From: a virus
Strand: one strand, 5' to 3'
Length of the DNA stretch: 42,131 nt
IMG/VR virus record: IMGVR_UViG_3300002064_000001
Coordinates: 1-42,131 of that record
Part shown: piece after piece, positions 33,172-40,228 of the stretch
Layout: every line of letters starts with the position of its first letter
How positions within the stretch are numbered: position 1 is the stretch's first letter
The notes under the pieces: generated by a model
The model's input: the letters and a program-made list of their open reading frames with translations, nothing else
Databases searched by the model: none
Told to the model about the DNA's origin: nothing
Translations under genes and position numbers: made by a program

Positions 33172-33948
33172 ATGAAACTAATAGGAATAACAGGGGTGAA
33201 ACGTTCAGGTAAAGATAGTCTAGCCACTATCATCCAGGACTACAGCTCAGAAGATTACAAAAGAATATCATTCGCAGACCCTATGCGACAGATTATGTAT
33301 GACATAACTAATTATGGTTATGATGAAGAAATTCAGGGACCATTTGACTACGAAAAACACAAGGAAGCTGAGTGTCTAATACTAGACACGTCAAACCCTT
33401 TCTTCGCACCAATGTTAGTTAAGGTTCTATCTTATGGAGTATCTAATCCAGGAGAGGTTGCAGAGAACGGACATAAGTTTATGAAATTTATTAAACAATT
33501 TGAAGAAAGATATTTTTCACCACGAGAGTTCTTACAAAAACTAGGTACTGAATTTGGTAGAGAACAAATTGGGGATAACGTGTGGATAGATACACTCCTA
33601 CATTCGCTTGAAAAAGATGGTTCATATATAATACCTGATGTAAGGTTTGATAATGAAGCTAAAGCAATCAAACGATATGGTGGAGAGATTATTAAAACAG
33701 TACGGATAACAGATAACCCCATTGATGATGTAATGTATGAGCAGGCTGTATCAATGACTGCTCATAAATCAGAAGCTGGTATTGATACTAAATATGTAGA
33801 CCATACTATTGTTGCTCAAGACTTAAGTCAGCTTAAGCGACTATGGATTCAATATCGTAGCGAGCACTCACTATCATGCGTTGCCTGCGAGGAGTGCTCA
33901 GGAGGAGATGAAAATTTACAAGAATTTAATGACCCAATTAAAGTATGA
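33172..33948 (+). CDS. Deoxynucleoside monophosphate kinase (T4 gp1-like) with Cys-rich C-terminal tail
   Basis: MKLIGITGVKRSGKDS, FLQKLGTEFGRE, YIIPDVRFDNEA and HKSEAGI closely parallel T4 gp1 as I recall it. Confidence 0.8.
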   Translation: MKLIGITGVKRSGKDSLATIIQDYSSEDYKRISFADPMRQIMYDITNYGYDEEIQGPFDYEKHKEAECLILDTSNPFFAPMLVKVLSYGVSNPGEVAENGHKFMKFIKQFEERYFSPREFLQKLGTEFGREQIGDNVWIDTLLHSLEKDGSYIIPDVRFDNEAKAIKRYGGEIIKTVRITDNPIDDVMYEQAVSMTAHKSEAGIDTKYVDHTIVAQDLSQLKRLWIQYRSEHSLSCVACEECSGGDENLQEFNDPIKV

Positions 33949-34103
33949 TTTGCTATAAAGATAAAACATGGTGTGGTTCAAAAACAAAGAACCATACATG
34001 TGGACGAGAGTTCACAGAAGAAGATGCAAAAAAAGCAGAAGCTTGGTGGAAGGGACCTGACTACCCTCTTGCTCTAGGTTTATTCTGTGAAGAAGATGAA
34101 TAG
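33945..34103 (+). CDS. Small Cys-containing protein (52 aa); not in track
   Basis: ATGA overlap with the upstream stop. Sequence MICYKDKTWCGSKTKNHTCGREF...FCEEDE. Confidence 0.4.
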   Translation: MICYKDKTWCGSKTKNHTCGREFTEEDAKKAEAWWKGPDYPLALGLFCEEDE

Positions 34104-34212
34104 TATTTATTGGGAAATGAACTGGGAGGGATGGCTCTCTTGGGTTCTATGTATCATCTTCGGATTAGTAGTAGGGTTCTTTGTAGGAACCTTTTACCAG
34201 GCAAACAAATAG
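34096..34212 (+). CDS. 38-aa single-pass membrane micro-protein; not in track
   Basis: MNSIYWEMNWEGWLSWVLCIIFGLVVGFFVGTFYQANK*. Confidence 0.35.
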   Translation: MNSIYWEMNWEGWLSWVLCIIFGLVVGFFVGTFYQANK

Positions 34213-34213
34213 T

Positions 34214-34297
34214 ATGTGGTTTATACTAGCACCCTGGATGTTCAGTGCGTTCACAGTCGGGTTCGTTATTGGCAGAATATTTTTAACCAAATCATAA
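34214..34297 (+). CDS. 27-aa hydrophobic micro-protein; not in track
   Basis: MWFILAPWMFSAFTVGFVIGRIFLTKS*. Confidence 0.3.
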   Translation: MWFILAPWMFSAFTVGFVIGRIFLTKS

Positions 34298-34300
34298 ATT

Positions 34301-34525
34301 ATGGAATTACACAAACAACAAATCAGAGACGCACTAGGTGTTCCACCTGGTATGCGTATTGCTCAGCATATCTATAATGTTAACAGAGACACAGAAACAA
34401 ATGTTAATATTCAACATTATCACGATGGAAAGTTCACAGAATTAAGTTCTGTTGGAATTGATATTTTCTATCAAGAAGATGATTACTTTATCAAAAAACT
34501 AAGTGAACACAATTATGGCGAGTAA
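34301..34525 (+). CDS. Hypothetical protein (74 aa)
   Basis: ATG ORF. Confidence 0.45.
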   Translation: MELHKQQIRDALGVPPGMRIAQHIYNVNRDTETNVNIQHYHDGKFTELSSVGIDIFYQEDDYFIKKLSEHNYGE

Positions 34526-34778
34526 ATCAGCAGAATACTATAGAAAGAATCCTGAGGCTAGAAAAAAGAAAGCCAAGACGGATAAGAAAATAAACGCTAG
34601 ACCTAAACAAAAGAAGAAGCGTGCTGAAGCGAATAAGAAACGTCGTGAAGCAAAGAAGAAAGGTCAGAACATTAAAGGAAAAGATTATGACCATGCTGTA
34701 AAGAAATTTGTTAAATCAGCAACCAACCGAGGTCGAGCGGGAGAAGGGGGTCGTAAGAAAAAAGCTAAGAAGAAGTAA
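34515..34778 (+). CDS. Extremely basic Lys/Arg-rich protein (87 aa), nucleic-acid-binding candidate
   Basis: MASKSAEYYRKNPEARKKKAKTDKK...GGRKKKAKKK. The ATG at 34515 is preferred over GTG 34503. Confidence 0.5.
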   Translation: MASKSAEYYRKNPEARKKKAKTDKKINARPKQKKKRAEANKKRREAKKKGQNIKGKDYDHAVKKFVKSATNRGRAGEGGRKKKAKKK

Positions 34779-34779
34779 T

Positions 34780-34923
34780 ATGAAAATTATAAGTTATAAA
34801 AAAAGATGTCCTGAATGTAGGTCTGTTTTAGATGCAATCAGCTACGCATCTATTAGGGACATAGACAAGGTAAGATACTTTTGTATTGACCAAGGTTGTG
34901 AGGTAGGTGAGGTAGAGTTATGA
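34780..34923 (+). CDS. Small zinc-ribbon protein (47 aa)
   Basis: MKIISYKKRCPECRS...YFCIDQGCEVG. The ATG lies 2 nt after the upstream stop. Confidence 0.45.
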   Translation: MKIISYKKRCPECRSVLDAISYASIRDIDKVRYFCIDQGCEVGEVEL

Positions 34924-35333
34924 AAAAAATAGAACAAAAATTCCAAACACAATTTGGAAAATGGGTTAACGCCTTATGTAAGGGGAAGAAGAAATCATAT
35001 GGATACGAACTTAAACAAACAAAAAATAAAAGACTTAACTGGAACGCAGTCAAGGACCACCAAATCCAAGGGTTACTTGTTGACCGTGACATCGGGAGGC
35101 ATCACAAATATCCTGATGTTGGGTTCACTCGGTACCCATACGATTCCTCGTTTATTAAAATTTCTGAGGGTTACATTGTTATTAAATATAGGTCAGAAGA
35201 AAGGGGAAATAGTGAGTTTGTTATGGTCCCTATTGATGACTATGTTTACGAAAAAAGCAACACTGATACAAAATCACTCCATGAAGATAGAGCGATTGAG
35301 ATAGGTGAATTATACGATTTAAAAAGAATTTAG
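34920..35333 (+). CDS. PD-(D/E)xK nuclease, RecU-like Holliday-junction resolvase candidate
   Basis: YELKQTKNKRLNWNAVKDHQIQGL resembles the E-x-K-x-TKNK...HQI signature of RecU as I recall it. The N-terminal region is shorter than in RecU. Confidence 0.45.
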   Translation: MKKIEQKFQTQFGKWVNALCKGKKKSYGYELKQTKNKRLNWNAVKDHQIQGLLVDRDIGRHHKYPDVGFTRYPYDSSFIKISEGYIVIKYRSEERGNSEFVMVPIDDYVYEKSNTDTKSLHEDRAIEIGELYDLKRI

Positions 35334-35337
35334 AATT

Positions 35338-35586
35338 ATGATTAAATACAAATTTAAAACATTAGAAGAATGTGTAGAGCTACACAAGCAAGGAGTTGAA
35401 TCAAACATTGACGGTTATGATTATACTTTTTGTTGCGAAGAAACAGAGATTGATGAGTTTGATATCAACGGAGATATTGAATCACAATTAGAAGACATTA
35501 CTGATGCAGGTGGCTATGGTGTTGAGGGTGACTATGATGAATTTACTCGTGTAATTTGCCCTGCCTATATCGAGGTGGTTGAATAA
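35338..35586 (+). CDS. Small highly acidic protein (82 aa)
   Basis: Asp/Glu-rich throughout with a Cys pair. Confidence 0.45.
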   Translation: MIKYKFKTLEECVELHKQGVESNIDGYDYTFCCEETEIDEFDINGDIESQLEDITDAGGYGVEGDYDEFTRVICPAYIEVVE

Positions 35587-35587
35587 T

Positions 35588-35725
35588 ATGAAACACGAAT
35601 ACAAAAATGCAACAATAAGAATCATGTTGTTAAATAATCTTTGGTTTGTTTATTATAAAGACAACGCACTTAAATATGGATTCAATCTATTTGGATTTAA
35701 GCGTTTAGTTTTAAGAAAGAAATAA
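35588..35725 (+). CDS. 45-aa basic/hydrophobic micro-protein; not in track
   Basis: MKHEYKNATIRIMLLNNLWFVYYKDNALKYGFNLFGFKRLVLRKK*. Confidence 0.3.
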   Translation: MKHEYKNATIRIMLLNNLWFVYYKDNALKYGFNLFGFKRLVLRKK

Positions 35726-35766
35726 GCTAATTTGTAAATTACTAGAAATAATGCTATCCTAAAGAT

Positions 35767-36414
35767 ATGAACACAGCAATCGACTATCTAATAACTGAAG
35801 ACGGACAGGTTGTCAAAGGTCAGTACCTTGGTAGACATGCTCGTGATTTCAGAAAGGATACAACACTACGCAGAGAAAATCTAAAAGTAATTAAGGAGTG
35901 TCCAAGTATTCAAAAAGAAATATATGAATTGTTTCAAGAGGAAATTAAAAAGCTTGAGAAACAAATCGAAATAGAAAGACAAGAGGTTATTGATTGGTAT
36001 GACAAGAACTGGAAGAGTGCCAATGAATTTAAAAAAGAAAAAGAAATGCAAAGAGCTATGTGTATTAAACCTGGATTCAAACAATGGCAGGTAGAACAAC
36101 TCAAGGTAACATGCAGACCTCTAACGCCAAGACCAAGTGGTCGCAATAAAGGTAATGGTTGGGTCGAACCAGAACTTATTGAAAGAGCAAACGATGTTCC
36201 TATTGATTCTATTATGGAATTTGACAGGGGTAATAAAGCGTTGTGCTTATGGCATAGTGAAGATACACCAAGCCTTTCCTATCACAAAGAAAAGAATTTT
36301 GTAAAATGTTTTGGTCAGTGTGGTAGCGTACACAGTGCGATTGACGTGTATCAAAAGATTAATAATTGTGACTTTGTCACAGCAGTAAGAGAACTTACAC
36401 AAACTCATGAATAA
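35767..36414 (+). CDS. Protein with C-terminal DnaG-type zf-CHC2 zinc finger but no recognisable primase catalytic domain
   Basis: CLWHSEDTPSLSY...KCFGQCGSVHSAIDVY matches the CxxH...CxxxC CHC2 finger. I see no TOPRIM or AEP motifs. Confidence 0.55.
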   Translation: MNTAIDYLITEDGQVVKGQYLGRHARDFRKDTTLRRENLKVIKECPSIQKEIYELFQEEIKKLEKQIEIERQEVIDWYDKNWKSANEFKKEKEMQRAMCIKPGFKQWQVEQLKVTCRPLTPRPSGRNKGNGWVEPELIERANDVPIDSIMEFDRGNKALCLWHSEDTPSLSYHKEKNFVKCFGQCGSVHSAIDVYQKINNCDFVTAVRELTQTHE

Positions 36415-37714
36415 AATCAAAGAACTTGAAAAAAGATTTAAAGAAATCTATTATATCGAAGGGAGTGTTACTTACATTCGTGCTCTTATTGCAATCAGTG
36501 CTTCAGCCTATACAGCCGGAGACCCAATATGGCTTATGCTTATTGGTGGTTCAGGTTCAGGTAAGTCTGAAGCGATTAATATTCTAGGGGATATTAAATA
36601 CTGTCATCAAATTTCTATGTTAACACCTAACACATTATTGTCTGGTGCAAAGAAAACTAAAGACGGAAAAGACCCAAGCCTTTTGACAAGACTTGGAAGG
36701 AATGGTGTTATATTAATGAAGGACTTCACGACTATTATCTCAATGAGAGATGATAACCGTAGAGATATCCTTGCTCAGATTCGTGAGGTATACGATGGTG
36801 AGCTTACCAAGGAAACAGGAACTGGACTATCATTATCCTGGCGTGGTAAATTAAACTTCATTGCTGGGTCAACGTCAAGTTACTATGAAAAACAAAAAGA
36901 GATTGACAGTATGGGTCCTCGGTTTATTATGTATGAGCTGGATGAGTTGTCAAACAAGGGACGTAAAGAGTTCCTACACTTCGCAAGAAAGAATATGAAT
37001 GACATTAAATCTAAGCGATTAGAATTACAAGACATGGCACGTGAAGCAGTTGAAGAGATACTTGAAAAGCTACCAGATGAACTACCTATGATTAATGATA
37101 GGATAGATAAGAATCTTGTAGACCTTGCAGAGTTTGTCTCTCGTGCACGTACACCAGTGTCTCGTGATTTTCATGGGAACATTACAGTTGTTCACTTCAA
37201 AGAGCTACCTGCTCGTATCTACTCTCAGGTCTATAGGCTTGGTCAAATGTTTATGGCTATTGCCCACATGAATGGACGTGAAGAGATGGACAAAGAAGAA
37301 GAGCAGTTGTTATATAAATTCTTACTTAATAGTATTCCTAAACAGAAGAGGGATGTATTATATACATTGTTTAAATATAAAGAAGCAACCACTAAATCAG
37401 TGGCTCACCTCTTGAATATTCAGACAGAATCTGTTAAACTGTGGTTATCAGACCTCAACGCACATGGTATTACTGAGCGTATATCAGCCAGTGGAAAAGA
37501 CTTTTGGTATGTTGCACCTAACGATGCTTCATTAATCTCCAGAATGTTAGATATCCCAATGGTGGATACAGTCCTAGATGTAAGTGGTGATGATGGTGGT
37601 GGATATAATCGACATCAAAATAAAATAGATTATAGTCCAGATGATTATCCGGAAATTAATAACGAAACAAACGATGCCCAAGAAGAATGGAAAGGAGTTG
37701 GACTCGGAAACTAA
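36407..37714 (+). CDS. P-loop NTPase, replicative helicase-like (D5/P4-type) with C-terminal winged-helix
   Basis: Walker A LIGGSGSGKSE, Walker B-like VILMKDF, and the HTH-like TTKSVAHLLNIQTESVKLWLSDL. Confidence 0.5.
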   Translation: MNKIKELEKRFKEIYYIEGSVTYIRALIAISASAYTAGDPIWLMLIGGSGSGKSEAINILGDIKYCHQISMLTPNTLLSGAKKTKDGKDPSLLTRLGRNGVILMKDFTTIISMRDDNRRDILAQIREVYDGELTKETGTGLSLSWRGKLNFIAGSTSSYYEKQKEIDSMGPRFIMYELDELSNKGRKEFLHFARKNMNDIKSKRLELQDMAREAVEEILEKLPDELPMINDRIDKNLVDLAEFVSRARTPVSRDFHGNITVVHFKELPARIYSQVYRLGQMFMAIAHMNGREEMDKEEEQLLYKFLLNSIPKQKRDVLYTLFKYKEATTKSVAHLLNIQTESVKLWLSDLNAHGITERISASGKDFWYVAPNDASLISRMLDIPMVDTVLDVSGDDGGGYNRHQNKIDYSPDDYPEINNETNDAQEEWKGVGLGN

Positions 37715-37808
37715 ATACAAGTGTTCTAAGTGTAACAAGAAATGCGATGCATTATATTCCTCTAAAGAATTCAAGGGTTGGAGATGTTATGAATGTGCCA
37801 ATGGATGA
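37674..37808 (+). CDS. 44-aa zinc-ribbon protein in an alternative frame; not in track
   Basis: MPKKNGKELDSETKYKCSKCNKKCDALYSSKEFKGWRCYECANG* has two CxxC pairs. It overlaps the helicase end and the 5' extension of track ORF 37687. Confidence 0.45.
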   Translation: MPKKNGKELDSETKYKCSKCNKKCDALYSSKEFKGWRCYECANG

Positions 37809-38127
37809 TTTCAAAACACATGATGAATACGTAAAAGAATTTAGTGAAAGAAAAAAACGTATAGTAGAAAGAACTGGTAAGACCAGCTTTGACTACACAG
37901 GTGATACTGAATACCTTAAACTTATCAATGAAGATATAGAAATTCAGAACTCAAAAAAGGTTAAGGAGAGTATAAACGAAGTCGACAGTAACCTCGAAAG
38001 ACCCACAACAGAGAATGACTCTGTAGTTGAAGCTGTTATCGACGAAGACCCATTTACAAGTGAAGCACCAGCAGGTAAGTCATCCTCTCAGGATAACTTA
38101 AATGTTTGTATCTCTTGTGAAGGGTAA
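37801..38127 (+). CDS. Acidic hypothetical protein (start at 37801 or 37789)
   Basis: ATGGATGA overlap with the zinc-ribbon ORF stop. The track's 37687 start would overlap two genes. Confidence 0.4.
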   Translation: MDDFKTHDEYVKEFSERKKRIVERTGKTSFDYTGDTEYLKLINEDIEIQNSKKVKESINEVDSNLERPTTENDSVVEAVIDEDPFTSEAPAGKSSSQDNLNVCISCEG

Positions 38128-38145
38128 CTAACAATGTGGTTGTTA

Positions 38146-38308
38146 GTCACCTGCACAAATCAATTTTTCCAGGGAGGTGGATTAATAGGAAAACAACTTG
38201 AATAGTCTAAATGGACCAATAGTAAACATACGTCAAACCTAGACATGGAGCTTACTGGCGAATAACCTGAATCGACTATAGTTAAGTACTTTATTGTGTG
38301 CAGGCGAC
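38146..38308 (+). other. Long-range helix (11 of 12 bp) closing a ~140-nt interior in the 248-nt intergenic gap
   Basis: gtcacctgcaca (38146-38157) pairs with tgtgcaggcgac (38297-38308) with one mismatch. Flanking hairpins lie at 38128-38146, 38307-38323 and 38326-38342. Confidence 0.45.
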
Positions 38309-38375
38309 TGCTAATCACAGCAGTATCTATACTTGGTATAGATTAATTATTTAAAAAAGTAAAACTAATTATATT

Positions 38376-39047
38376 ATGCAAGACGCAATTAACGCCCTAG
38401 GTGGTGCAGACGAACGTAAATTATACATGACTATCGGTAAGGGTGGTACCTTCCGGCTACAAGTAGAGCCAGGAACTAAAGGTGCTAAGACTCGTACATA
38501 CGAAGTCGACGGTGACAACGGAGAAAAGATTACAAAATCTAAAACAGAAATTCACAAATCATTACTTAAAGATGTATTAATTAAAGACCTTAATGTATAC
38601 AACGGAAACTTTGGTGAGTCTGTAAACGCAGACGTTACTATTGGAGGAATGGATTTTTGCCTACAGTTCAAATCTGAATCATCATTCGGTATGGACTTCA
38701 TGGAAAAGATTGGTAATGTAGACCTTACAAAACCTATGAACATTCGAGGATATGACTTCGAAGATGAAAAAGGTAAACGACGAAAAGGAATTTCTATTGA
38801 ACAAGATGGAGAAAAAGTTACATCATACTTCTATGATTCAGTAGCTAAGAAATCAATCAATGGTATTCCTGAAACTACAGGAGAAGGATTTGATTCTAAA
38901 AAATGGCGACGTTTCTTTGAAGACAAAGCTGAGTTCCTAGTAGCATTTATTAAATCAGATATCATTCCAAAAGTTGCAAGCACTCCTGCTCAGGTAGAAG
39001 ATGTTCTTGAAACAGAAGTGGAAGATAACGATGAACAACCATTCTAA
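38376..39047 (+). CDS. Single-stranded DNA-binding protein (T7 gp2.5-like)
   Basis: 223 aa with an acidic C-terminal tail ending in Phe (EVEDNDEQPF), as in gp2.5 and bacterial SSB tails. It lies next to the exonuclease. Confidence 0.55.
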   Translation: MQDAINALGGADERKLYMTIGKGGTFRLQVEPGTKGAKTRTYEVDGDNGEKITKSKTEIHKSLLKDVLIKDLNVYNGNFGESVNADVTIGGMDFCLQFKSESSFGMDFMEKIGNVDLTKPMNIRGYDFEDEKGKRRKGISIEQDGEKVTSYFYDSVAKKSINGIPETTGEGFDSKKWRRFFEDKAEFLVAFIKSDIIPKVASTPAQVEDVLETEVEDNDEQPF

Positions 39048-39050
39048 TCT

Positions 39051-39947
39051 ATGAAACCTAAATCAAACAAAGAACTGATTTGGGATAACGTTATAGGGAA
39101 GATTAAGTTTGTTGGTAATGAAGACTTTCACTTGTATGAGTTTGAGTCAGGGAAGCGTCAAGCTTCCGTTACTACCAAAAACATTATGGAGAAACCTTTC
39201 CTTTATGACTACTCAGCTAAGGTAGCTTTCGAGTATTTAGAAAGAGAAGGGTTTTCTTCTATCAAACCATCCAACAGAAATATCTATTTAGCAAATGCTA
39301 TTGAAGCACGTAAGGTTATACTTCGTGACTCAAGTGATAATGTCGGTACTCCGGCACATGAAGCTATTGAGAGTTATACTCTTGAATGGATTAAGACTGG
39401 TAAACTTCCTAGTGATATCACCCACTTCATAGAGAAGAAAACAATCTTCGATGAGGAACTCAAGGAGTATAAAGACGTAACAGACCCAAGGGTTTATGCT
39501 TCAGCACGTAGTGCAGAGAAGTGGTTACGTAAAATGGAAGATAAAATTACACCTCTGTTCGCAGAGATTCGTGTAGGTGACGATAGGTATTCAGCAGGAA
39601 CTATTGATTTCGTATTTGAATTCAAAGATTCTGGTGACCTATATATTCTAGATTGGAAAACATCTAATCAAATGAATGATGACTACGCATTACAAGCTTC
39701 AGCATATGCTAAATTTCTAGAGCATATGATTGGTCGGAAGGTTGGTGCGTTCATAGCACATCTATCTAAGGAGAAAGATAGCTATGAAATTTATGAAGTA
39801 AAAAACATAGCTAAAAACTATACCGCTTTTAAATCAATGTGTAAACTATATGATTGGAAGTATGGTAAGTTTGATAAGCTAGTAAGAGATATAACTATTT
39901 ATGACACAACAGGAAAAACAAATTCTAAACGAGTACGCAAGTGCTAA
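39051..39947 (+). CDS. PD-(D/E)xK exonuclease (RecB/Cas4/lambda-Exo-like)
   Basis: GTIDFVFEF...LYILDWKTS...YALQASAYAKF gives the D...(D/E)xK and QxxxY motifs. Confidence 0.65.
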   Translation: MKPKSNKELIWDNVIGKIKFVGNEDFHLYEFESGKRQASVTTKNIMEKPFLYDYSAKVAFEYLEREGFSSIKPSNRNIYLANAIEARKVILRDSSDNVGTPAHEAIESYTLEWIKTGKLPSDITHFIEKKTIFDEELKEYKDVTDPRVYASARSAEKWLRKMEDKITPLFAEIRVGDDRYSAGTIDFVFEFKDSGDLYILDWKTSNQMNDDYALQASAYAKFLEHMIGRKVGAFIAHLSKEKDSYEIYEVKNIAKNYTAFKSMCKLYDWKYGKFDKLVRDITIYDTTGKTNSKRVRKC

Positions 39948-40227
39948 GCGAGCTGAGTCTGATGCCAAGGAAATAGTAAATGTTCTTAAGGAACAGGTAC
40001 TAGATATCGTTGGTAAATATACAGGCAATGAAGCTGGTGATAAGGTTGAGATTGAATCAGGTAAATTTTCTCTTAGTAAAAGACGTAAGTATGTTTACCC
40101 AGAACATGTACTATCTGAAGAAGAAGAACTTAAAAGCAATATAAAAAATCTGAAGTTAAAATCTGAACAGATAGGGGACGGGTCGTACGAGGAATCGACA
40201 TCATTAACATTCACTAAGAATAAATAA
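39901..40227 (+). CDS. Hypothetical 108-aa protein in the groES position immediately upstream of the chaperonin
   Basis: It ends 2 nt before the chaperonin ATG. The size is GroES/gp31-like, but I can see no sequence resemblance to GroES. Confidence 0.4.
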   Translation: MTQQEKQILNEYASAKRAESDAKEIVNVLKEQVLDIVGKYTGNEAGDKVEIESGKFSLSKRRKYVYPEHVLSEEEELKSNIKNLKLKSEQIGDGSYEESTSLTFTKNK

Positions 40228-40228
40228 T

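Noticed and set aside
37687-38127. The 146-aa ORF as given in the track
   Set aside because: Its first ~38 codons overlap the helicase 3' end and a much more protein-like zinc-ribbon ORF in another frame. I prefer a start at 37801 (or 37789).
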